From: Octopus bimaculoides
Taxonomy: Eukaryota
DNA length: 64,000 bases
Direction of reading: 5' to 3'
Assembly: GCF_001194135.2 (NCBI RefSeq)
Contig: NC_068992.1
Location: 42,222,149 to 42,286,148 of the forward strand
Each line of letters starts with the position of its first letter. The stretch's first letter is position 1. The notes under the pieces are model-generated. The model was not told the DNA's origin. It ran no database searches and saw only the letters and a list, made by a program, of their open reading frames with translations. Of this stretch, positions 23,900 to 36,100 are shown piece by piece. The position numbers were made by a program, and so were the translations under genes.

Positions 23900-23911
23900 A
23901 TCATCATCATT

Positions 23912-23991
<80 letters not shown>

Positions 23992-24032
23992 CGTCGTCGT
24001 CGTCGTTGTGGTTGTTGTTTCTTATTGTTGCT
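23900..24032. repeat. (ATC)n(ATT)n(GTC/GTT)n trinucleotide array
   Basis: Direct reading. Confidence 0.95.
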
Positions 24033-24667
24033 GCTCTTAAGAGCAGGAAGCCTGTAGGATTTGGGTGATACAAAAATTGATGGAAAAAAACAAAGAGAGG
24101 CATCAGGAGGTTGAGGAAACGTGTTAAGGACTTAAATTCAAGGACGATTTCATCCTCCTTAATTCGGTTAAATTACATAGCTAACATTTGAGACAGTTCA
24201 AACGGTAATTTTCTTCAACAGAAAACCCATCATAAGCCCGGCAGCAGTGCTCTTTCTTAAAAACCTACCGTAATTTTCTATTTCGTTGCTCTGGTACACA
24301 GCAATCAATTTTGGATTGGATTTTAAAAATATCGCTTAACACTTCTCCAATCATGGTCCCAAAATCTTGATCAAAACTCTTGAAGATTTACACAGTTATT
24401 ATTGGCAAATTAAGAGCATTTTTCTTTTTTCTTCTTTTCTTTTTCTTTTAGCGAATTAAATTCTTTTGTACAGTATTGGAGTTACATTAAGTTGCAATTT
24501 GTTGGAGGAGAGTGACATACAGATAATATTGTTCCCGGTTTTATTTCAAACATTAATAGTTGCAAGGAATGGCGTGCGATATGAAGAAGCATCAACATAA
24601 AATAAATTCAAGTATTTATTGACTCAACAACAATATTGCAGCAAATGTGTGATGGAATATAAAAGTA

Positions 24668-25039
24668 CAGGGTGATTCAAAAGTCTCCATACATAGGAAA
24701 AATTTATTTTTTTATAAGATACAGTTTATAAGATCCCCTAGAACCCCTGATCTGACCCCTCTTGATTTCTATTTTTGAGGGCATTTGAAAAGCATCGTGT
24801 ATAGCGGAAAGATAAAAGACATAAATTAATTGAAGGAATGCATCATCAACTCATTTGCACACGTATCACCAGATGTGCTATCACGAGTTTACAATGAGTG
24901 GGATAAACGTATTGCAATGTGTATTCAAAACGATAGTAACTGTATACAGCCTGTTAAATAAAAAAAAAACTGTTCTTATAAACTGTTTGTTATAAAAAAA
25001 TAAACTGTACCTATGTATGGCGACATTTTAATCACTCTG
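24668..25039 (+). mobile_element. Internally deleted Tc1/mariner-superfamily element
   Basis: TA|CAGGGTGATTCAAAAGTCTCCATACATAGG ... CCTATGTATGGCGACATTTTAATCACTCTG|TA; internal PRTPDLTPLDFYF*GHLKSIVY...RIAMCIQN transposase C-terminus. Confidence 0.9.
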
Positions 25040-25173
25040 TACATTGCAATCGTGGTTCTAATCATTATCGTTATATGAGGTTCTCAAAGACTATAGGTGC
25101 AGGAATGGCGACATAGTTAAGAACTGGTGCAGCCATGGTAATTTAGTTAAGAAATTCGATTCACAATCACGTA

Positions 25174-25368
25174 CGATAGGGTACTGAAATATTCCTGACT
25201 TTGGGTAAAAGAAAATAGAGGAGGATCAATTAAATATGATTTTATTCAGTATATTCCCCTCTCAGATGCACACTCTTATTGCAGCAGTCCTTCAAAACCT
25301 TGTAAAAGAACTCGAAGGGTTGTGCTTCCAACCAGGCCATTCGCAGTACCCTTTTCTGGACCCCCTCG
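25174..25368 (-). mobile_element. mariner-derived MITE (~195 bp)
   Basis: Ends TA|CGATAGGGTACTGAAA and TTTTCTGGACCCCCTCG|TA; the minus frame WLEAQPFEFF..KDCCNKSVHLRGEYTE* resembles a mariner C-terminus. Confidence 0.7.
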
Positions 25369-25554
25369 TAATTCAGTCCCATTACGTGTGTTCTTTGGCA
25401 AATATGTATTACTGCCTACATTGGCTGAATGATGCCTCAAGAATGTATCTGGTAGATAGGAACTGAGTGCAAGCCCGTTGTATTTGCAGACAGATTCACA
25501 TATATAAGTGCGTGTGTGTGTATGTATGCATGTATGCATGTATGTATGTATGCT

Positions 25555-25740
25555 TTATCTCTTAGTCCTTTGGGGCACCACCTTGAATTGTTTCAGTCGA
25601 CTAAATCGACTCTATGACTTATTTTTTAAAAGTAAAATACTTATTTTATCGGTCAATTTTGCTGAACCGCTAATTTACGGAGATGTACAAACAACAACAC
25701 GGATTGTCAAGGTGTTGGTGGTGTCGGCGGCGGCGGTGGT
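25555..25740 (-). mobile_element. SINE family A 3' half
   Basis: ggggcaccacc...gtcgactaaatcgac...gctgaaccgctaatttacggagatgtacaaac. Confidence 0.7.
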
Positions 25741-25775
25741 AGACAAACGCAGTCATAAGGACACACATACATTTA

Positions 25776-26160
25776 GAGTGGCTATATGGTAAGTAGCTTG
25801 CTTACCAACCACATGGTTCTGAGTTCAGTCCCACATCGTGGCACCATGGGCAAGTGTCTTCTACTATAGTCTCAGACCGACCAACGTCTTGTGAGTAGAT
25901 TTGGTAGACGGAAACTGAAAGAAGCTCGTCGTATATCTGTGAATATATATATACATATATATATATATGTATATGTTTGTGTGTCTGTGTTTGTACTGCA
26001 ACACCGTCGCTTGACAACCGATGCTGGTGTGTCTACGTCCCCGTAACTTAGAGGTTCGGCAAAGAGACCAATAGAATAAGTTCTGGGGTCGATTTGTTCG
26101 ACTAAAGCGGTGTTCCATCATGCCCGCAGTTGAATGGCTAAAACAAATAAAAGTAAAAAA
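25776..26160 (+). mobile_element. SINE family A, full length
   Basis: gagtggctatatggtaagtagcttgcttaccaaccacatgg...gctaaaacaaataaaagtaaaa. Confidence 0.92.
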
Positions 26161-26262
26161 GGTGGAGGAAATTGAAAACGCATATCCCAGGCTGTCAAAC
26201 AGATTCCCGAACGCATAAATCTGTTTGACTGCCTAGGATTTGCGTTTTCAATTTTCTCTACT
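26161..26262 (+). repeat. 45-bp-arm inverted repeat (hairpin, 12-nt loop)
   Basis: Arms 26161-26205 and 26218-26262; 39 Watson-Crick pairs, 3 G-U and 3 mismatches on the + strand. Confidence 0.92.
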
Positions 26263-26330
26263 CTGTATTTTTTCGCATTGGCTCTCTTTGAGCACTCCGT
26301 AGATAGCCCATACTTTCTATAACAAACTTG

Positions 26331-26367
<37 letters not shown>

Positions 26368-26821
26368 NNNNNNNNNNNNNNNNNNNNNNNNNNNNNNNNN
26401 NNNNNNNNNNNNNNNNNNNNNNNNNNNNNNNNNNNNNNNNNNNNNNNNNNNNNNNNNNNNNNNNNNNNNNNNNNNNNNNNNNNNNNNNNNNNNNNNNNNN
26501 NNNNNNNNNNNNNNNNNNNNNNNNNNNNNNNNNNNNNNNNNNNNNNNNNNNNNNNNNNNNNNNNNNNNNNNNNNNNNNNNNNNNNNNNNNNNNNNNNNNN
26601 NNNNNNNNNNNNNNNNNNNNNNNNNNNNNNNNNNNNNNNNNNNNNNNNNNNNNNNNNNNNNNNNNNNNNNNNNNNNNNNNNNNNNNNNNNNNNNNNNNNN
26701 NNNNNNNNNNNNNNNNNNNNNNNNNNNNNNNNNNNNNNNNNNNNNNNNNNNNNNNNNNNNNNNNNNNNNNNNNNNNNNNNNNNNNNNNNNNNNNNNNNNN
26801 NNNNNNATATATATATATATA

Positions 26822-27215
26822 GACAGGCTTCTTTCAGTTGCGGCCTGAGACATTTGCCCAAGGTGCCATGCCTTGGGACTAAACCCGGACCATGTGGTTA
26901 GGAAGCCTGCTACTTACCACACAGCCACCGCTGTGCCTTTATACGTATGTGTGTATGTATGTACGTATGTGTGCGTGTCCGTGTATGTGCTGTTGAGTGT
27001 ATAACTTTGTGTTTGTCCAACCACAGTTCGTCAACAACTGAACCAGTGTACCTTTTCTTATGTCCCTGTAACTCAGTCGTGCGATAAACGACAACGATGG
27101 AACAAGCACCAGGCTAGACATAAGAACTGGAGTCGAATTCTTCGACTAGAATGTGAGTGAAAGTACCCTAGCATAACTGCTGTCCAATGATTTGAAGAAA
27201 TAGAACAATAAAAGA
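26822..27215. mobile_element. SINE A head (-, 26822-26935) and decayed SINE A 3' half (+, 27000-27215)
   Basis: ttgcccaaggtgccatgccttgggactaaacccggaccatgtgg...cttaccacacagcc; then cgtcaacaactgaaccagtg...ccctgtaactcag. Confidence 0.7.
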
Positions 27216-28211
27216 TTCGGAATAAATAAAAATTGTTTAAACGCTCAGTCAGAGAATAGAAGCTACACATCAATTTGGAAACGTCTAGTTGTGAATAATA
27301 TTAGACACCGATATTGATACGTCTATCTATGTCCAATGCTAGAACATCAATACAGGTACCTGTATGTGGATAGTATTTTAAACATTTTCCTCTTCGAATG
27401 AATCTTTTCGCTAAACAAGTCTCAAGTACTGGGATGAATTATGTATTTTGAACATCAACCAATGTTTATATGATACATAGCAATAAGGCTGGTCATTCAA
27501 AATGCTACAAACATACTACGTTATACCGGAGAAAATAAACTACAAAAGATCTTAAAGCTGTCAGGCTCAATATATTATATTCTTCAGAGATATTATCAAA
27601 TTATTTGCTGCAAAAAACAGCGCCTACAATGATCCGTTAATCAAGACGAATGATAACAGACAAGTATATGCACGACATATATATTCTTATTTTCCTTTTT
27701 CTCTCAGATATATCAGATAAAAGTTATTGACATTCGATTAGCGATCACACCGGACGAATTTTCTAATACATTTCTAAAGTACATGGAGCTATTATGAAGA
27801 AAATCTCACCAACTTTCGTTGCAAAGAACGATGTGTTAAAAAGGAAAAAAGGAAAGAAATGGAGAGAATTCTTAAGATGCGTCTTCAAAGAAAGGACGTT
27901 ATTAATTATTTTCCTTAGAATTCAATAGAAAAAAAAATCAAAACTGTCTCCAGTTTGGACTGCTTCCTCTAATGTTATTATGGAATTATGGCCAAAATGT
28001 ATCACGAGGGATTGATCAGTTGCATAATAAGTATATGTGTGAAGGTTTAAGAATAAATGCATATGATATCATGTGGCAAGTACACAATAAAATATGTGAT
28101 ATATCTACATATGTGTGTGTGTATGTGTGTGTGTGTGCGTGTGTGTGCGCGCGCGTGTGCATGTGTGTGTATGTACCTATTTATGCATAAGTATGTGAAT
28201 GTGTTTGGATG

Positions 28212-28266
<55 letters not shown>

Positions 28267-29139
28267 GCACGTTATATATGCGAGCAGTTATGTCTGTGCG
28301 TGTATGTATATGTGTTTGTGCGTATGTGGTGTGTGTTTGCGTGCTCGCCTGTGTGCTAATATACAAAACATGGTCATGTTATAAAAGCATCGAAAGAAAA
28401 CATTGAAATATCTCTTGACAAAGCAGAAATACTTGGCCAGTAAATGGTTAATAATAACGACGATGTTAGCCGACATTAGAATAAGGAAAGGTGACGCTTG
28501 AAGATACTCAATTTGTTTTGAATATCTGCATCAGACAAACATTGTTAAAAGCAATATCTCATATCGGATGCCGTAGACTACGAATGACATGCATATATTC
28601 TCTTCCTTCTCTGGTTATATTTTTACATGCAGTTAGTACTATCTAATGTAGTATTAATGATTATGAAAATTTTCAATCACAAATAATTCCCTTCCATCTT
28701 CACAAGGTCCCAGATTTGTAGCAGAATTTTGCATTGGACGATCAAGCCCCCTCTACTTCTTTTATCCACTTCAAAATAGCAATAAACGGCAAAGTTTACC
28801 AAATAGAATTTTCATTTAGATACGATGGATGAAACTAAGGAATATAAGACGTTTGTCTCATGTTTGGATATTTTGGGTTGCATATGTGTCTGTGCGCTTA
28901 AAGTGCCTTGTCTTGCCTTGGCCTTTAATGACTGATGATGTCGTGTTTAGATGAGTGAATTTATAGACTACGGTGAGTGTTTGACATCTAATAAATACTC
29001 TGCGTCTCTCCTCGTGTCGAATGAACTATACTTAATTCCTCTATCGAGGGAGATAATATTTAAGAACAATCGAACCTAGAAGCATTTTAATTTTTGGCGA
29101 TAATCAACGTGAAATGGTATATTGCAAGGCAGGGACAAA

Positions 29140-29690
29140 TACGAGGGTAATGCCATTTTGTTTAAGACAAGTATAATTACCAACACAGGAACATGTATCA
29201 TACATCAAAATGAAGCTGGTCCTCTGTGGATCACATCCATACTTCTCAACATAGTTTTTCTCAATAGCAATGTTCCACCTTCCAATGAGAACATGTAACC
29301 CTGCCCCGTAAAATTCTGTTGGCTGTTCTTTGAGGCACTTCTTCACTACAATTTTTACTTCCTCATCACTGGAATGTTTGCCTCTCGAACCCTCTTTCAT
29401 AGGGCCGAAAAGATGATAGTCTGAAGGCGCTAAATTATTCCAGTGATGAGGAAATGAAAACTGTAGTGAAGAAGTGGCTCAAAGAACAGTCAACAGAATT
29501 TTACGGGGCAGGGACACATGTTCTCATCCGAAGGTGGAACATTGCTATTGACAGAAACGGTGACTATGTCGACGAGTAGGGATGTGATCCCCAGAGGACC
29601 AGCTCCATGTTGATGTATGATACATGTTCCTGTGTTGGTAATTATACCTGTCCTAAACAAAATGGCATTACTTTTTGACTCAGCCTCGCA
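29140..29690. mobile_element. mariner fold-back: two 3' ends in inverted orientation
   Basis: The minus arm reads LAPSDYHLFGPMKEG..SSDEEVKIVVKK..RWNIAIEK. The plus arm from ~29436 reads SSDEEMKTVVKKWLKEQSTEFY..RWNIAIDRNGDYVDE*. Termini TACGAGGG and CCTCG. Confidence 0.9.
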
Positions 29691-29843
29691 ACTGGCATGT
29701 ACCGCCAGGTTTCCAAATAATTTGGCCGCGGGCTGCGATATGGTTTAAAGACACGAGTCTGTAGCGTGCTGTACATATTACATACAATATTCACAACCTG
29801 CGAAACAAATTTTAAAAAATGCGATAACATCTTCCACGATATA

Positions 29844-29901
<58 letters not shown>

Positions 29902-30030
29902 AGTGTACGTGTGTGTGCATGTTTATGAATGTGTATATATATATATATATATGAATATGTGTGTATGTGTGTGATTACCTGTGTGTTTGTGTGAGTGTAT
30001 GTGAGTGTACGTGTGTGTGCATGTTTATGA

Positions 30031-30119
<89 letters not shown>

Positions 30120-30205
30120 TATGTGTGTATGTGTGTGATTACGTGTGAGTGTGTGTGAGTGTGTGCATGTTTATGAGTGTGTGTATATATGAATGTGTGT
30201 GTGTT
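29844..30205. repeat. Compound (GT)n/(AT)n array with ~3 tandem higher-order units
   Basis: The unit gtatgtgagtgtacgtgtgtgtgcatgtttatga..(ta)n..gaatatgtgtgtatgtgtgtgattac recurs. Confidence 0.85.
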
Positions 30206-31204
30206 GCGCGCTAGTCATTAGCGACGGAACCAGAATAAGACCCGAATCAAAAGCAACGGGTCAAAGCAATGGATCCGGGTTTCCCGGATTCCATGGAATT
30301 AGAATGAGTAGAAGAGATGTTGGCCAGTCACAGGAGTAATCCTTTCTGCCAGGCGAGTGGACTGGTGTAGCGTCAATGAAATGCTTTTACTCCACAACAT
30401 GAACTATCACCTGATCCAGGAATTGAAAGCACAATTTTGACATCATGAGAGCAATTCCCTAACCACTAGGACACGTACCTCCTCATTATTTCCGAAGAAT
30501 AAGCTATATACCTTATTGAACGGGCATATGCTGTGAGAAAGCTGTGATAAAACATTATTTCCCTTGAGAAGGCATCTCTTAAAGACGTACAGTAGTTTCA
30601 CTATACGTAACAGACGAAACCTATCTTGTAGCAGATACGAAGTTGCTAGATCCCTGTAGTTCCGCATACTTGGACGTCTGCAATAGAAAGTATCTAATAT
30701 CAACTGTACACATAGAAAAAAATGCCTAAGGAAGTCCACCCACGCTGCTTGACACTTTTTGTCTGCTGTTGATACTAGTTTGCCTTTTAACAATATACGT
30801 CTATAAGTGATGCCTTCTCGAAGCAAATGCCGCAAAATTACTCCTGTCTCAATGCATATCAACGTTAACGAAGATAAAGAGATTGCTATTCGGAACTAAT
30901 AGTGTTTCCATTACTAATAATGGATTTTTACTCAACCGGCCCTCTATAATACTGGTTATTTGCTAATCAATATTTTCGATATCAAGAGAAACGACATTTG
31001 TCTGAGAATGCAGTTGATACCAGTTCTACAAACAACCTATACTGAAACTTCTGCGCTCTACAACACTATACATCTATAAGTGGTGCTTTCTCAATACCAA
31101 CACCTCATTATTATGGTTTTGTCGCTGTATATCTACGAGTATGATATACAGAGTTATAATCTATCTATCTACCTATCTATATGTTTGTCTCTATGCATAT
31201 ATAT

Positions 31205-31242
<38 letters not shown>

Positions 31243-31252
31243 ACACACACAC

Positions 31253-31315
<63 letters not shown>

Positions 31316-31439
31316 CATATATACACATACATATATGGGAAAATGTGTGAAATGCTTGGTACAGTTAGGTATGTTGGAAAAAGGAAAACAATGACTGTAC
31401 TGATAGTTCTAATCTATTTAACATTTTTTTCAGTAATAC

Positions 31440-31568
31440 TTACACTTTGGTTTGTAGATTTCGTAAGTTGTTTGTTAACTTCGGTGGGGACAATTAACAA
31501 GGAATCTTTAAAAAATGTCACCACTGAAATTAACAACTAACTTACGAGTTCTACAAAGCAAACTGTAA
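31440..31568 (+). repeat. ~53-bp-arm inverted repeat (hairpin, 23-nt loop)
   Basis: Arms 31440-31492 and 31516-31568; the inner 42 positions have 4 mismatches and 3 G-U on the + strand. Confidence 0.88.
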
Positions 31569-31652
31569 AATGATGCTATTTAAAAATTAAAAAATTAAAT
31601 TGATTAGAACTACCAGTGAAGTCATTCTTTTGTTTCTTCAAATATATATATA

Positions 31653-31691
<39 letters not shown>

Positions 31692-31847
31692 CTCTGTGTG
31701 TGTTCCACTGTGTGTGTATGTATATGTATATATATATATATATGTATGTATGTATATATCTATATGTGTGTATGTATATATATCTATATGTATTTGGATA
31801 TATATATATATATACATGCACATATATATTTATATATATGCATATGT

Positions 31848-31888
<41 letters not shown>

Positions 31889-32580
31889 TACATGCACATA
31901 TATATATATTTACGCATGCAGATAGCTAGCTAGCTAGATAGATAGATAAATATGTATTTATGTAAGTTTGTGCATGTAATTTCAGAGAGAAAGAAAGAGA
32001 GAGAGACCGAAACTGAGGCAGAAAGAAAGAGAGATCCCGTTGCGTAATTTTTAACACAAATAACCAAATAAAATAAATTAGTTATGTAACAACTATGTTT
32101 TTCTTTTTGCAACACATCCTATAGTTTAATAATAGTATGCATTACTATGCATGCAGCATCATAATTGGTTATGAAATACAGTAGTTTTGTATTCGCATCA
32201 CTAATGTTCCTTTGAAAAGCACGAAATCACGCGATCTTATTTCCTTTTTCCATGTAAATATTAAATGTTGCGCATATGTAAATCAATACCATTGCTAAAA
32301 ATCGAAATCTGATGTTATGGAAAATTATAGACAAAACGCTGCTAGATTCGAACTCTGTAAATTTAAAGTAATATTGCTTTTAAAACCCATCCTTCAATTA
32401 ATTTTTCTCTCTCCAACATTCTATCTTAGGGGTTTTCCGTTTGTGCGGTTTCAATATTTTATACTTTCTCATAGCTTATTGTTGATTAACTCCTCATTAA
32501 ATGTAAAAGCGTTCTGCATTGACAGGACATCCGAATATTGCATTTTTGGTTTACGAACTCATCACCTAACGATATAAGTG

Positions 32581-32858
32581 AAGGCGCATGGCTCAGTGGT
32601 TAGAGTATCGGGCTCATAATCGTTCAGGTAGTGAGATCGATTCCCGGACCGGTCTGTATGCTGTATCCTTCAGCAAGACACTTTATTTCCCGTTGCTCCT
32701 GTTCACTCAGCTAGACAGATGAGCTGCACCGTTACTGGTGCCAAGCTGTAGCAACCTTTGACTTTCCCTTGGACAATATCAGTAGTGTGGAGAGGAAATA
32801 CTGGTGCGCATGGGCAACTTTGCCGGACTTGTGCCTCGGAGAGGAACATTCTAGACTA
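32581..32858 (+). mobile_element. SINE family B
   Basis: ggcgcatggctcagtggttagagtatcgggctc...gatcgattcccggaccgg...caagacactttatttc...gtgcctcggagaggaac. Confidence 0.9.
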
Positions 32859-33169
32859 CACGCCTTCACTGTGAGTTAAAGTACTAAGGCAAAAAAATTG
32901 GGAATGTCCATCGGATTTTATTGTCAAATTTTCGTCTCGTTGACTCTCCCTGAGATTCCAATAAGTGTGTATTTTACCTATGGAGTATTCAGCCACTTAC
33001 AAATTCCCAATAGATCAAACAACTTCATGCTCATCGTCGATACAGACGGAAGAGCATTTAATTGATTAGTTTTTTATGCACTTTGCATACATATAGGACA
33101 TAGTTTCAAGTTAATAAGTTACGAGTTGATTCTACTGGTTATGTCCGGAGTTCAGACAGATCGCAAAAT

Positions 33170-33571
33170 ATCCTTTCTACTCTAGGCTCAAGGCCCGAAA
33201 TTTTGGGGGAGTGGGGGCCATTCGATTAGATCGACCTCAGTACGCAACTGGTACTTAATTTATCGACCACGAAAGGATGAAAAGCAAAGCCGACCTCGGC
33301 ACAATTTTAACTCAGAACGTAAAGAGAGACGAAATACCTATTTCGTTATTGACCATAAGGGGCTAAACATAGAGGGAACAAACAAGAACAGACGAACGGA
33401 TTAAGTCGATTACATCGACCCCAGTGCGTAACTGGTACTTAATTTATAGACCCCGTAAGGATGAAAGGCAAAGTCGACCTCGGCGGAATTTGAACTCAGA
33501 ACGTAACGGCAGACGAAATACCGCTAAGCATTTCGCCCGGCGTGCTAACGATTCTGCCAGCTCACCGCCTT
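33170..33571 (-). mobile_element. SINE family C, dimeric form with 14-bp TSD
   Basis: Same linker as 22810-23232; TSD acagatcgcaaaat at 33156-33169 and 33572-33585. Confidence 0.93.
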
Positions 33572-34184
33572 ACAGATCGCAAAATTCTATTGGTAAAACA
33601 AATAAATACTATATCTAGAGTATATTTTCAAAAACCAGGACAATATTCAGGATAATTATAATTTTATTAACAGCAACTCATTGCAGATTTTTAAAATTAT
33701 TATTTTGTAAATAGTATTGAAAGGAACTGGTGTCATTCGAGAAGTAAATCGAATCAGTGGAATTCTGTCAACAGGTTCTTAACGGAGCTTGCGATCTACA
33801 ATCGCTGATGCCATTTGCTATGCTTTGATTGCAACTTGTAATTGTTGCAGTTACTAGATGCTGACTAAAGAAAATATTGATACTGACAGACACCAAATAA
33901 ACTGATTGTATGCAGAGTTAATTACTAGAGCAACAGCTAAATGCTGTTACTGTCACGGTGGCTATGGGTAATTACATCAGCAGCAGCAGTAGCGAATGCG
34001 TTGAATCACATATCAGCAAAATAATGATTGCAATGGTAATACACTCAGAAACACACACACATACACACATACACACACAAACACATACACATAGACACAT
34101 ATATACATATATATGCACATATGTGTGTGTATGCGTGTGTGTGCATGTGTATGTATGTGTTCATACATGCGCACATACACACAC

Positions 34185-34236
<52 letters not shown>

Positions 34237-35471
34237 CATTAGTTAGACAAGCAATTAGATAGATAGATTCATACATAAGTATACATATACATATAGACAT
34301 ACATACATACATATATACATATATACATATATACATACATAAAGCCAAACATACAAATCTGCACATAGACATAAATACATACAAAAATACCGTTGTTGAT
34401 TGAAATTCCAATAAAGGAGCCTTGGATCTAGGTTAGAAACCAACTCTTTCACTATTGGCAAGAAATAAAACTGAACAATTACACATATAAATACATACAT
34501 GCATACATGCATACATACATACATACATACATGCAAACATACATATGGACACAAACGTCTGTGCGTATGCGTGTGTATTTTGTGTATATTTAGCGAAATA
34601 ATACGATTTCGATTTTCATTGTAGCTGCTGACATGCATCTTTAGTTAATTACTAAACCAAAACATCTAACTACTGTACCTATAGTTATTTAATAAGTCAA
34701 CAGCACAACAAAGAAGAAAGAAAACATTGATTCAACCAATGAACAACAAGAACGCACTGATTGCGATGCTAACAAAAATCTAAATCTGTTTTTCGGTTGT
34801 AGAACTCTTCTATAGATCAAAGTTTCTTGGCTACAACAACCAAAGTTTCTTGTAAAATTTCGCGAAGTAATTCCAATATTCTACACATTCTCTTGCTTTC
34901 TGACTATTAACTTTTACAAATCACACAAATCGCTTAATTTTGAAGATGGAACAAATTAAAGCCAAACCAAACAAGAATAAAAAGCAAAAATTGGAAAAAA
35001 TGAAAAACGAAAATGGAGACGGTATTCGTTGTCTGGTACCTCCATTATGCATTCAAAAGTGATTTAGTCAAACAATAAACTTGCTATCGATTATAAGGTT
35101 AGGCTAGACGGCGTTTCTTTGATAAAATCGTTTGGTAATGTCGTAGTGTACTCTTTAACCTCAACGAAGTAACAATATATCGATTAGTTCACTAATTAAA
35201 GCAGAAAATTCCCGTAAGATGTTCATAGTACCAATGATGATGAAAATAACAGTAATCTTACCTTTATTTTTTTTTAATTAATAATGCAAAAGAAAGAAAC
35301 AGATGACACAACATTATGAATAATTCATGATAATGTATACAACACAAAATAAATTAAAAGCCAAAACTTTTAGTGTGTTGTATCGGCATGAATGTTAATT
35401 AGTTTTGGTAAGTTTGTATGTTATATGAAGAATAAGGAATCCGATCGTTCGCAACTGAGTCTTCTCTAATA

Positions 35472-35693
35472 CAGTTCTATATTTAAGAGATGAGGTATTA
35501 TGTACATTATTTACATAATTTACATTTGACGGATATTTGTCCTCATCTTGTTTTTTGTTAATACAACGAAATTTCCCCCCTAGACACCTGGTGAAGGCTT
35601 GAGAGTATATCAGCCGAAACGTTGTGTCAGCAACAAACAAGATGAGGACAAATATCCGTCAAATATGTAAATAATGTAAATAATGTAAATAAT
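35472..35693. mobile_element. Penelope-like H1 terminal repeats in inverted arrangement
   Basis: 35472-35568 is antisense to the H1 3' part; 35569-35693 is the sense copy; the two overlap by 2 bp (cg) at the junction. Confidence 0.8.
35583..35628 (+). ncRNA. Hammerhead motif H1 copy 2 (core A6->G, probably inactive)
   Basis: gacac-CTGGTGA-a-ggctt...cagcc-GAAA-CGT-T-gtgtc; stem I is perfect (gacac/gtgtc). Confidence 0.55.
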
Positions 35694-35759
35694 GAGTCTT
35701 CTCTGTTTCGTTGGATGTCAAAATCTTATTTTTCGCTATGAAGAATAGTCATTTTCCGA

Positions 35760-36100
35760 AATGCTAGATTCTTCCTCTCCATCTCGCATACGAACAACCC
35801 GAATGAAACATGTAATATCTTCTACATATAGCAGATTTACAGATTGTACAATATATGTGTGTAGAAGATGTGCGCCAGACGTTTGGGGCAATATGGTGCT
35901 GTGAATTAGTGTGTGTTGCTTCGATGGTGAATGCATTTAAAATTCTCTGGTTCTTTGTGGTTGGTTGATAGGGGGCTTTTAGCAAGGAGGTTGTCGAGGT
36001 TCGTGTTGTACGAAAGATCGGGGCGGTTGTGGCAACGGAAAATAGAACTAGGGAGTAACGGATAAGTGTGTGTTTCAATAGGAAACGGATGCGTGGAAGT
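35760..36100 (-). pseudogene. Possible decayed Penelope-like GIY-YIG endonuclease remnant
   Basis: Frameshifted pieces NLDNLL, ENFKCIHHRSNT, SSTHIYCTIC and LLYV fall in the order expected for the PLE zinc-linker and GIY-YIG region. Matched by eye only. Confidence 0.35.

Noticed and set aside
27548-27592. Minus-strand atct-CTGAAGA...ACAGCTTTA-agat, resembling H2
   Set aside because: The GAAA core and stem II are missing; at most a very decayed relative.
30443-30862. 139-aa minus-strand ORF with a possible donor at 30479 (GAG|gtacgt)
   Set aside because: No recognisable domain and no linked exons; left as unsupported pending RNA-seq.
32581-32660. tRNA-like sequences at SINE heads (also 46314, 56901, 1451)
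   Set aside because: A/B-box similarity only; no complete cloverleaf, and they continue into SINE bodies.
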